Of a DNA stretch of 64,000 nt, positions 1 through 11,458 are shown in pieces. Position numbers and translations under genes: made by a program. The notes beneath the pieces were generated by a model, which worked only from the letters and a program-made list of their open reading frames with translations, did not search any database and was not told the DNA's origin. Source of the stretch: Octopus sinensis (taxonomy: Eukaryota); NCBI RefSeq assembly GCF_006345805.1, contig NC_043006.1:61256001-61320000 (forward strand), given 5' to 3'. Position 1 is the first letter of the stretch, and every line of letters starts with the position of its first letter.

Positions 1-480
1 ATGCCCTGGGGAAGTACTAGGCAGTGGCTTTCATGCCTTCTGATATTATTTGATTGGAAGCATTATTATGTATATTACTTTGTCTTGGTATAAATGTTGG
101 AATAAAGCAAATATTCGGCTTAATACCACTGATTTGCTTCTCATTTGTTTGCCTTAACCAGATGAGCATGTCCCTTAATGGATGACGATATGTGCATGAG
201 CATCATAGCCATGTATTCAGAAGAATTCTTTGCAGTTTGGTAAATTCACCTTTGGAAAAATAACCCTTAAATAACCCATATTCAGGGACCTTTTGAGCGG
301 GAAAATTTTACCTGAGACCCACCAGCAGGATCATGCCCTGTTTATCTTGATGTCACGTACATATGGTTGTGATGCATATGCATGGTATACCCTTATCAGG
401 CGGGTAGTTATGATGGGTATAATGGGCTTCCTATATTTTACCCCAGTGACACTTTGATGGCATGCACTGCTCTCTCACTA
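1..480 (+). repeat. Probable 3' portion of an interspersed retroelement ending in a microsatellite tail
   Basis: Non-coding segment ending ...gcatgcactgctctctcactaagtaac and running directly into a trinucleotide tail. It resembles an abundant cephalopod repeat from memory only; there is no second copy in the window. Confidence 0.3.
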
Positions 481-482
481 AG

Positions 483-528
483 TAACAAGAAGAAGAAGAA
501 GAAGAAGTAGTAGTAGTAGTAGTAGTAG

Positions 529-560
<32 letters not shown>

Positions 561-757
561 GTTGTAGTAGTAGTAGTAGAAGAAGAAGAAGAAGTAGTTG
601 TAGTAGTAGAAGAAGAAGAAGTAGAAGAAGTAGTTGTAGTAGTAGAAGAAGAAGAGGAAGTAGTTGTAGTAGTAGTAGAAGAAGAAGAAGTAGTTGTAGT
701 AGTAGTAAAAGAAGAAGAAGAGAAGAAGAAGTAGAAGAAGAAGAAGAAGAAGAAGAT
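483..757. repeat. Compound (AAG)n/(TAG)n microsatellite
   Basis: Alternating GAA and GTA runs. It explains the low-complexity ORFs 431..859 and 438..776. Confidence 0.95.
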
Positions 758-814
758 TTGAGAAACCAAGAACCAAAATAATAGATCAGTTAATAGAATA
801 ACTACAATAATATT

Positions 815-1242
815 GGGATCTTTTCGGTTTGAACGGCAGTTTTTTTCTAGCGGTGTCATATGAAATTGTCACCCATAATTATGACCCTAGCATCAATCTA
901 TTGCATTTCAATCTGTTTTAGAGTTAGGGTTAGTTAGGGGTGGGGGGAAGGGTATCTTTTTTTCTTCACAAATGTAAATAAATCCAATCTGTTTCTTAAA
1001 CGAGGGAATATTCATACGGCACAGAATGTCTTTTTACCTCAACAGACGTCGTCAGTGATTGGTTGAAATTGCAGAAATTGAAGAAAAAGAAACAACAAAT
1101 ATCTTACAAACTATAGAATTTTCTCAATAAAGCCAAGAGAAAAAGATGTTTTATAAACACATTCTACCAGTATACGAAGTTTAAAATTTTTTAGTTACCT
1201 AGAAATTATGTTAAAAACTGCCGTTCAAACCGAAAAGATCCC
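815..1242. mobile_element. MITE (non-autonomous DNA transposon), 428 bp
   Basis: Perfect 30-bp TIRs gggatcttttcggtttgaacggcagttttt (815-844) and the reverse complement (1213-1242). AATATT lies on both sides (809-814, 1243-1248). Confidence 0.85.
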
Positions 1243-1286
1243 AATATTGCACTCTTTGCAACGGGTGGAACAATAAACTGTTAGAA

Positions 1287-1768
1287 TCTCTCTCTATATA
1301 AATGGCAGTTTGTCTGTCTGTGTGTCTGTGTGTCCATCAGGTTGTACCCTTACCCTGACCACGGCTTTCAACCGATTCTGATGAAACTTGAAACTTGTGA
1401 GGGTACAATTTGCTGCCCAATGTCATAATTCAAAACTAACGCAGCGAATATTTAGAAAAGTTCCCCCAGTTCTGAAAATTTTTTATAAATTCGACATGGG
1501 GTCAAGAATCTAAGCTTTTTATTTGCAACACATTTTCTGTTGTAGTTTTCGCAACTTGCAATCGATTTTGACCAAACTCATGGTGAAGCTTAATGTTACC
1601 CTAAGAAACTTAATTCTGACATTTTGGGAAATCGCGTTCAAATTCAAGATGACATATTTTCGACAATATCTTTCACAAATTGTCAGGAATTTTTTTAAAT
1701 TCACAGCGAGCATCATGTCTGCTCCAGGGGCTCTTACATACCCGGGAAAATCCGGGCTATGCTGCTAG
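1287..1768 (+). mobile_element. Non-autonomous Helitron
   Basis: Starts TC(TCTCTCTATATA) after A; subterminal hairpin cccgggaaaatccggg; ends CTAG before T. A related copy lies at 37175-37582 on the minus strand. Confidence 0.85.
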
Positions 1769-2146
1769 TTAATAATAAATCTACATAAACATTTAAACCA
1801 ATATTGACCTACTTTCAGGACCATGTTTCGCTTCACCTACAACGATAGTAGAGGTGAACCGTGGGTCAATATTCCTACGGCTAGTAATAGTAGCAGCCCT
1901 ACTTCCCACTGAACACCAAGAAACAGACACTTTATCCAGTTTATTGATCCCTTCAGTTTACTTCGAAACTGTCTAGCGTGGAGAACCTTCATGAAATCGC
2001 ACCGACCACGATGCTTGGTTACATATCCAACAGTGTGCAGTCGCTGCAGTTAAAACACGTATGTCTGGAAAATATGTTGGGACAAACTGTTAAATAAAAT
2101 TATGGATGTGAAAATTCTCCATTCGCCTTATCATTATTAATGTTAT

Positions 2147-2177
<31 letters not shown>

Positions 2178-3231
2178 GTGTTTATCTTTGTTATTCACTC
2201 TCGCTTGACAAGCGTGTGTTGGAAATTGAGGTCGATAGAAAAAGTAGTTGACTTTTAAACTTTCTGGGGTCGATTTTTTCGAATAAACCTCTCTAGGAAG
2301 TACCTCAGTATGGTCACAGTCAGAAGACAGAAAGAAAAGAAAAAAGATTTTCTTCTGTTTTACTCATGCGAAATGTCATCAAATTTAATTCAAGTGAAAA
2401 ATAAAATCTAACATACGTCTTTATCTAGTTGTTGAGGCTTCGGGTGAATGTACAAGATGAAAATACATTACACACCAACGATTGTTGCTGATTAGATTAG
2501 GAAAATCTAGGATAGAAGAAAGAAAAAGGTATATTGAATTGGTCACTTCTGATAAGCAATAAATTACATGGAGTTAATTTGCTGCACATTTGTTGTAAAT
2601 TTTATATATCACTGCTTAGAAAATGTTTTGTGCTCGTTATTCAGCGTGACATCGCAGTGATGAACACTATCGTTTCACAAAACATGATGTCTTTATTGTT
2701 AATATTCTTCCGAATGATTACAAAAGGATTATATATGTGTATTAACGGGATGAATTCAGATAATGACACGTATTCGATTTACATAAGAACTTCATCATAC
2801 GTCTAAGAATTATGTATTATTTGCGATCAATAATTTTACGTATACAAATTATTTTAGACAATTTTGTAATAAATGCTGCACAACTAAAATCTTAAATGTG
2901 TTGGGAGTAATCTTTGACAACTATAGGGAAATGTGAATTGCAAAGGTAATAATACTAGCACATAAAATATATATCTTCTGCTATTAATTATGTGGAATAA
3001 TGAATTTAACGACTTATTTAGTTTCGATATGCATAGTTCTTTGGGAATGAGGATATCAAATGAACGAGTCTAGCGTAATGAGGAAAATAGACTAGATTAA
3101 TTACCTGTCTATTTCGATGCATAAAATGAAATAATTAAAATAGTGGTATTATTGCATTAAAATCTATGACCTGTGGTTTCTGTTATAGCACAGGCTTCCA
3201 TTCATTTACTCATTGCTACATGGAATGTGAC

Positions 3232-3328
3232 TGATATGGGGCCGAGATGACCTTAGATTTAATGTGCCCATTCTCTGAAACATGTCTTCAATACACATTA
3301 AATCTAAGGTCATCTAGGCCCCATATCA
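3232..3328. other. Isolated 97-nt stem-loop (35-bp arms, 1 mismatch, 27-nt loop)
   Basis: tgatatggggccgagatgaccttagatttaatgtg (3232-3266) pairs with cacattaaatctaaggtcatctaggccccatatca (3294-3328). Confidence 0.85.
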
Positions 3329-3912
3329 CTACTAAATGGCCGTATGATAATATATAGTATGCTTCAGCAGATCTAGTGATAATAACCCATCTATACATTG
3401 AAAGCACTACATAAAGATGGTGAATTGGAATCAATGTAGGATTCCAAGAATCGGGCTAACTTCAACTGTAGAGAATAAAGCATATTTATAACGTTTCCAT
3501 CTTCATATGTATCATTGAATGTAATCTTTTTTTACTAAATATGAACGAGTACATAATAATGCTAAAATCAAATTTATATTTTCTTAATTTTCTTGAATAA
3601 CAAGGGCTGCTAAAATTACAATTTCTAAATATCACTGTTTTCTATAATTCCTGTTTATTTAAGTTACAATAAATTTTGTTAAATAAGAGAACTGTTTTGG
3701 ATAAAAAAAATGAACTATGCAAACGTATAACCTATTTATGCCTTCGAAAGGTAGTCAAATTTAAAACCAGCATTTGCTGAATTTGAAACTGTACAAATCC
3801 TAACAATTAACAATGCAACTTGGGCAACGGATGCAGAGATTATGAGAATATGACCTTAAAACGACTTGAAAAACGGGAGCTATCCGTATATGTTACAATA
3901 TATTTCAACAGA

Positions 3913-5400
3913 GAGGCGGCTAACTGGCAGAAACGTTAGCACACTGGACGAAATGCTTAGCGGTATTTCGTCTGCCGTTACGTTCTGAGTTCAAATTCCG
4001 CCGAGGTCGACTTTGCCTTTCATCTTTTCGGGGTCAATTAAATAAGTACCAGTTACGCACTGGGGTCGATATAATCGACTTAAACCGTATGTCTGTCATT
4101 GTTTGTCCTCTCTGTTTTTAAACCCCTTGTGGGTAGTAAAGAAATAGATATTTCGTATGTCCTTACATTCCGAGTTCAAATTCCGCGAAGAGCGACTTTG
4201 CCTGAAGAATTAAATACTAGTTGCGTACTGGGGTCGATCTAATCTACTGTGCCCCTCCACTAAAATTTCGTACCTTGTGTCTAGATTAGAAAAGAATATT
4301 CATTAAGAAGGTGAGCTGGTAGAAACTTAGCAGGGCGAGCGAAATGCTTTCTGGTATTTCCGCAGTATGTACGTTCTGAGTTCAAATTCCGCCGAGGTCG
4401 ACTTTGCCTTCATCCTTTCGGGGTTTGATTAAATGAGTACCAGTTACGCACTGGGGTCCATATAATCAACTTAATCAGTTTGTCTGTCCTTGTTTGTTCT
4501 CTCTGTGTTTAGCCCCTAGTAGGTAGTAAAGAAATAGGTATTTTGGCAGTCTTTACGTCTTGAGTTCAAATTCCGCCGAGGTCGACTTTGCCTTTCATCT
4601 TTTCAGGGTCGTTAAATTAAGTAACAGTTAGTACTGGGGTCGATCTAATCGACTGGCACCTCTCCAAATATTTTAATCGTGTGCCAAGATTAGAAAAGGA
4701 TATTTATTAAGGCGATGTGGTGGCAGAAACGTTTGCACGTCGAGTGAAATACTTAGCGTTATTCTGTCGGTATTTACAGTCTGAGTTCCTACTCCGCCGA
4801 GGGTGACTTTGCTTCCTTTTCTCTGTTCGGGTTAGATAAATTAATTACTAGTTACGTACTTGAGTCGGGTTAATCGAATGGCTCATTTTGGGCCTTTTGC
4901 ATTGAGTAGAAAAGAGTATTTAAGGCAGCAGGCTGGCAGAAATGTTAGAAAGCTGGGCGAAATGACTAGCTGTATTTATACATTCGGATCGATGAATTAA
5001 GTACCAGTTGCGTTCTAGAGTCGATCTAATCGACTGGCTCCCTTCCCCAAAATTTCAGGCCTTGTGCCTAGAGTATACATGAAGATTTATTAAGGCGGTT
5101 TGCTGGCACAAACTTCAGCACGCTGGGCGAAATATTTTGCTTATTTTGTCTTTCTGTATCTTCTGCGTTCAAATTTCGCCGAGCACGACTTTTCCTTTCA
5201 TCCTTTCAGGGTCGATAAATTAAGTGCCCGTTGCTCACTAGGGTCGAGCTAATCAACTGCCCCACCTCTCCAAAGTTTCGAGCCTTTAGCCTAGAGTAGA
5301 AAAGAATGTATATTTAGGCAGCAGGCTGGCAGAAATGTTAGCAACCTCATCGACTCTCTCTAAAAAAAGTTTCTAGCCTTATGCCTAGAGGAGAAAATAA
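3913..5400 (+). mobile_element. Head-to-tail stack of tRNA-derived SINE copies
   Basis: Repeated heads (aggcggcgagctggcagaaacgttagc-like) at about 3913, 4305, 4709, 4922, 5092 and 5316, with a B-box-like gagttcaaattcc and the shared core gtcgactttgcctttcatcc. Confidence 0.85.
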
Positions 5401-5977
5401 TATATTTTTACAGGATTCACTTCTATCTTGTCGTTCTTAGTAAAGTATAACGACTTATAATTTGCAAAACAAGACATACTTGACATTTATTCGGTGAAAA
5501 AAATAAAATGGCAGACAATATTTTGCGAATATGTCACAGATTTATAAGCAGCTTTCAAATAATTTTGCTCTAAATCTGCTTGCAGCGATGAAAGTCGAAA
5601 GGATATTTTGTATAGGAAAATTATATGAATATTAACTAGCTCATTTGAAATAATTTACCGCAGTCATTGAGAGATTTATAGCAGAATTATTTTTTTAAAG
5701 AACCAATTGAAAATCCAATATTGCGATGAACAAAGGAAATATCTCTACAACCAGAAATTAAAAATGTTTTTAAAATGTTTGTTCTTTCTTAGCATTTTAT
5801 ACTTTAATGCTGTACTAATTCATGCGAAAAGTTTAGAAAACATATTCTCATTTCAACACAATTGTTTAGGTTTCAGTTGATTATATAATTTATTAACTTG
5901 TATTTATGTACAGATGTTGATGGCCTTATGATTACAAATGTATGGTATTGCATGGTGCATATGATTTCATTAATATC

Positions 5978-6209
5978 TATTTGTTTACTACCCACAAGGG
6001 GCTTAACACAGAGAAGACAAAACAAGGACAGACAAACGGATTGTCGATTATATCGACCCCAGTGCGTAACTTGTACTTAATTTATCGATCCAGAAAGGAT
6101 GAAAGGCAAAGTCGACCTCGGCGGAATTTGAACTCAGAACATAATGGCAGACGAAATACGGCTACGCATTTCGCCCGTCATGCTAACTTTTCTGCCAGCT
6201 CACCGCCTT
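5978..6209 (-). mobile_element. tRNA-derived SINE (same family as 3913 and 50566)
   Basis: Reverse complement of the SINE at 50566-50797 over its whole length. Confidence 0.85.
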
Positions 6210-7357
6210 GTGACTTCATTAATATCGGTAAAATGATGGGTCTTGATTTACTCACACATTAAGATAGATACGTTCATTTACATATATAATACATATATGT
6301 ATACAGGCTGATATGAAACTCCAGATTTACCGTTTCTTTGATGAACTTTTAAACTGTTAGGGCATAGTGTGTACTGATCCCAAACATGATAGTAACTGAA
6401 ATACAACGATGAACTATTACCTGCATAAAGAAAACATTTTCCACTTGATTACCAACAAGAACAACAGTCGAATGGCTGTATAAAATAGACAATGGGTTTC
6501 TAAATCAATTCGTATATAGGTATTTGTGTTTTGTGTGTGTGTGTGTGGTGTGTGTGTGTGTGTGTGTGTGTGGATGCATGAACTGGTGTTAGGGTGTTGC
6601 ACTTACGGTCGTGATATCATGTCTTAAATTCCTGGAGCTAGTGATGCCTTGTGATCTTCAGCAAATTGTTTTATTTGCGACCACTTGGACTCCTAAAGTC
6701 TAGGATACAGTGTACCTGTTTGGGTACCGTTGATTTAATGGAAGGCGTAAGCTAATGCCCAGCACATGCATCTGATCACTATAAACAATCCATTTGTGGC
6801 AGTCATTCATCAAGAACTAAACACTCATACGTCATCTTAAACGGGTGATTTCATCATATATATGTCCGTGCGTGTGTGTGTATGGGTATGTTTTCATGCA
6901 TACATACATATTGAAGACTAGTTAATAATAGTTAATAACATTATGGGGCCCACAGTCTCATACCTACAGACCTCTTATTTATTGAACTAGCATTCTAATT
7001 TCAAATCCCACTTTTTAATTCACAAGATACACATTTATCAGTAACAATAGTGTAGTGCTGTTTGTGCCTACTGTTCTGAGTAAATAAACATTTATATATA
7101 GAGAGAGCTAGGTAGATATAGATATACAAACACACACATATATATGTATGAGCAGAGACAGTGACAGAGGGGAAGAGATGTGAGACTTGATTATGTAGCC
7201 GTGTTTGTGTAATGCGTACATCAGTACATCGGTATATTCGAGATAAATCGAATATCTGCTAGAACAAAACAGGACTTAAATTATGATGTATTGAATAGCA
7301 TTTTCTCTTTTTTTTTTCTCTTTGCAATAAAATGTCAATTTATAGTTGACTCAAAGG

Positions 7358-7737
7358 CAATATCGTGGTACTCCGTCGGTTACGACGAAGAGGGTTCCGG
7401 TTGATCCGATCAACGGAACAGCTTGCTCGTGAAATTAACATGCAAGTGGTTGAGCACTCCACGGACACAATTACACTTAACGTAGCTCTCCAGGAGATTC
7501 AGCGTGACACATACTGGGACAAGGCTGTCCCTTCGGAGTACAACAAAAACAGGAAGAAAGAGTGAGAGAAAGTTGTGGTGCAAGAGTAGATCAGGACCCC
7601 CTCCCCTGTCGGTGTCTCGTGGAGCTTTAGGTGTGTTCATTCATCAAACACTCACAACACCTGGTCTGGAAATGAAACCGTGATCCTAAGACCACGTACG
7701 TGTCCGTTGCCCTAACCACTGGGCCATTGCGCCGACA
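7358..7737 (-). mobile_element. tRNA-headed SINE (second family) with 6-bp TSD
   Basis: Minus-strand head ggcgcaatggcccagtggttagggc (A-box-like) and ggtttcatttcc (B-box-like). Flanked by caaagg at 7352-7357 and 7738-7743. The empty site is seen in the paralogous segment near 10255. Confidence 0.75.
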
Positions 7738-8055
7738 CAAAGGTACTATACACACACCCATATATATATGTATGTGCGTGTGTCTTTGTGTGTGCGTATG
7801 TTTGTTTGTGCGTGTGTGTATATGCGTGTGTGAGTATATAAATGTGTCTTTGTGTTCGTATGTATGAAGTATCGCGCTCTATCGTCAATAAGCTACCACG
7901 ATGTATATTTGTTTAATATATATTTCTCTTATATCCAATGCTGGTACGACGAAAGAGGGATATTAAATACAAATGCAAATATGGACAGTTACTATAAACC
8001 TATACATAAATACACAAATACACATGTAAATGCAACAAAAGTGTAATTAACACAA

Positions 8056-8951
8056 TGGGGCGAATGCAATTTCGCACTTCTCTTTGAAAAATGCATTTTT
8101 CAAAATTTTTGTTCCGATTCCTACGTTTTATATGTCGGAGATTACGAATATGCAAAAATAAAATTTTAAAAAAAATTTTACTCCCCCCGACCAAAACCTC
8201 TCCCCGATTAAAATTTTTCTCCCAATGTTTTAGATGACGGAGATTCCGAATATGCAAGAAACCACGTTTTCAAAATTTTAAGTTCAATTTGCATATAGGT
8301 TTACTCTTTTTTTTTTATTTTATTTTTTTTTTTACTCTTTTACTTGTTTCAGTCATTTGACTGCGGCCATGCTGGAGCACCGAGATATATATGAATGTTT
8401 TCCTGGGGCTAAAAACAAGAGTAACATCGTCTTCTATAGGATCGCCACATTTAGTTGATATAAATATTGATATATATATTTTAGAAATAAACGGACAGGG
8501 GTAAATAGATAGGCAGATACATAAATAAATGGATGAAAAAGTTTAAAATTTAAAATTGGGGGAGGTGGTGAAAATTGAAAACGTTATTAAACTTTAGCCC
8601 TTTATCTTTATAACATTAATTATTAAACATGGTTTGTTTCTCATAAAATGCTGTATATTAATTTACATTAAATAATTATTTACGATTATTTAAGGCAGAC
8701 ACAAGTAAAACGCAAATTCTTTTCACTTTAATGTTTTTGTCTGTATTTAATTTTGATTTGCATATGCTGGTCAATTCGATATGATCTCTTTAAAGTAAAC
8801 AAAATTAAAAAATTATGGTGGTGAGGAGTGGGTGAAATTTAAAAAAAACTGCATATTTCGTAAACTCTGACATCTAAAACGTTGCAAACCGAAATTAGTT
8901 TTTCCAAAAAATGCATTTTTTAGGGAGAGGCGCGAAATTGCATTAGTCCCA
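8056..8951. mobile_element. MITE-like element with long imperfect TIRs
   Basis: tggggcgaatgcaatttcgc... (8056) versus ...gcgaaattgcattagtccca (8951); similarity extends about 100 bp inward. It contains a SINE 3' fragment at about 8325-8382. The TSD is not resolved. Confidence 0.6.
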
Positions 8952-9284
8952 ACATCCTTTAATAGTTTATCTAGCAATCACACACGCAAAAACGAATGTT
9001 CCTTCAATAATAAGATCAGTTATTCCCATGCCTTAAGTTTAATCTCCAGTACATTTGACAAATCAAAATATGGAAAACGTGTCATATGTTACACGAACGT
9101 CGAAAATACGCACACACACACACGGATATATGACAGACTTTCAGTTTCCCTGTATTCACTCAGAAGAATTTTTTCCATCATAGAAGGCACTTTCGCAAGG
9201 TACCGTTCAATGGACCTGAACAATTGTTATCAAGGCAAACTTCTCAAACATGTATTCATACCTGCGGCTATATGTATACATACA

Positions 9285-9316
<32 letters not shown>

Positions 9317-9799
9317 CAGGCACATTTATACACAAGAACATATAGCATATGTGAGTTCGAAACCCATGGCTGTTTGATGACAAATGTTCCCGCTTTGTAA
9401 GGGTAATTTACCCAATACATCTACTGTTCTAACGACGTTTATGCGTTCGAAAAAGTGTCATCTTATTTGTATCGTACGATAAATATTTCGAGGCTCATAA
9501 CAAAATAAGAAATGTTAGTTTGTTTATATACACGTATAGTTGTGCATTTAGCGTTATAGCCTCTTAGTTTGCGGTTAAATTTCCTAGCGGTTAGTTTAGC
9601 TGCATATTAAATCACTCAGTCGGAGTCTTTGGGGGCTGTAGCTTCGATTCCCATGGCTGATTATTGACAAATGTTTACGATTTGTAAGGTTAATAAATCA
9701 AATACCTCTGCTGTTCTAACGGCGTTTCTGTAAATATATATATACAGTTCTCAGTATATAAATGATGATCTCTTTCATAGCATGAAGAAAATTGACATA

Positions 9800-9990
9800 A
9801 CTTCTTTAAACATGTTTTATTCAAGGTCTCGTAACTTTAACACTTCCATTTGGATGTGTCCCTTTCTGTAGAAGAGCGTAGGCTCGAAACGTAAAAGATC
9901 TTTTCTATTCTTGAGCATTATACTAATACATCAGTTTGTTTTGTACACCACCTGTCTTCATCTTTTGTTTTTTTCGTAAACTCTCCCTAT
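9800..9990 (+). mobile_element. Penelope pseudo-LTR-like fragment with degenerate hammerhead motif
   Basis: cttt-CTGTAGA-a-gagc-gtag-gctc-GAAA-cg-T-A-aaag at 9862-9897. Confidence 0.55.
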
Positions 9991-10391
9991 ATATATATAA
10001 GTGTATATGTGTACACACGTATATATGTATGTATATTTATATGAGCTGAGAGAGAGAGAAAGAGAGAAAGAAAGAGAGAAAGGGGTGCTAGATTAGGTAG
10101 CCGTCTTTGTGTAATGTGCATCTCACCTCAGAACATCTATGCATGTGACATGGATGGAACATTTGCTAGAAAAAAAGAGGACGATAATTATGATGTATTA
10201 AAAAATATTTTCTTTTTTTTGCTCTCTTTGCAATAAGATGTCAATTTATAGTTGGTTCAAAGGTACTGTGCACACCTATATGCATGTGTGTGTATACGTG
10301 TGTTTGTGTGCATGTGCGTGTGTTCGTGTGTGTGTGTTTGAGTGTTTATGTTTATATATATTGTTATACAATTAAATGCACGAACTACATA

Positions 10392-11458
10392 TTAAGTTGT
10401 TTCACATGAAATGTCGCATTATAAATTGTTATTTCAGTCATTTAAAATCACATTTATGTATACCTTGCATTTAATCTTGACTCTTTTTCCCACAGACATT
10501 ATGACAATGATAACAACCAAAGTATGTTGAATGATTTTCTCGTTTGAGTACAGCCTGCGTCACTCTGCTGCAGAAGCTCTACGGAATATCAAGCGGACCT
10601 TTGGTTGACATCAGAACCGTTCACAGATGGTTCCAAACTTTCGTTCATGACATGATAGCCTTCAAAATAAACCAAGGGGTAGGCCAAAATCAGTTATTCG
10701 GCATAATGGATTAAATAATTTGGTTGAACGAGATCTGAGAACAAATGTTCGAAAACTTTCATCAGAAGTCTAAACATCTCGCACAACTGTTTTTGTACAC
10801 CTGTAAAAAATTGGAAGAAGTCTCGATAGAAAAAGTCCATTTTTGCATGAAATCATTACTTCTGATGAAAAATGGATGCTCTTTGAAAACAGCAGGATAA
10901 CAGGACAGCTACCCAAAACCCAACATTGCAGCCCATAAAGTTAGTGGTCACTGTACGATGGTCTGCAAAGAGAGTTATTCATTATTCATTTTTGCAACAA
11001 TGAAAAACTGTAGAAGCAGCATCATATTGCCAAGAAATTGATGCATGTATGAGAACTTAAATAAGAAACAACCCAGACTAGTGAATAGAAATGGTCCAAT
11101 TTTACTCCACGACAATGCATGTCCTCGCACTCCTCAAGCTACAGTCCCAAACTTGCAAAGCCTGAATTATGAGATTTTGCAACATCCTCCCAATTCCCCT
11201 GGCAACTCCCCTACTGATCATTACTTATTTATGCATCTGGAGCTTTTCATAAGAAATAAAACATTCTTAGCATTCGGACAGTTTATCACAACAAAAGATG
11301 ATTTTTTTTAGAGATGGAATATATGACATAGAGAAAAGTTGGGTACACCTCATAACTGAACATGGATCATACTTTGCTTAAATAAATCAGTTCTCTAACA
11401 CTTCTGAAACATTTTATTATTACCTTTTAAATTCGACATTTCATGTGAAACAACCTAA
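10392..11458 (+). mobile_element. Decayed mariner (Tc1/mariner) transposon
   Basis: TIRs ttaagttgtttcacatgaaatgtcg / cgacatttcatgtgaaacaacctaa with TA on both sides. Transposase remnants IITSDEKW (about 10855), LLHDNA and HPPNSPGNSPTDHYLF (cf. HPPYSPDLAPSDY) in ORF 11045..11311. Multiple stops and frameshifts. Confidence 0.92.

Noticed and set aside
431-859. Ser/Thr-, Leu/Phe/Tyr-, Ile-, Glu- and HT/YI-repeat ORFs throughout the ORF track
   Set aside because: They are translations of microsatellites, with no coding signal.
1370-1395. CTGATGAAAC inside the Helitron
   Set aside because: Part of the Helitron internal repeat (ccgattctgatgaaactt), with no ribozyme stems.
7345-7360. AG/GT-bounded 11-nt micro-exon-like motif in both duplicated segments (also about 10250-10265)
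   Set aside because: Not frame-preserving, no gene context, and such motifs arise by chance.
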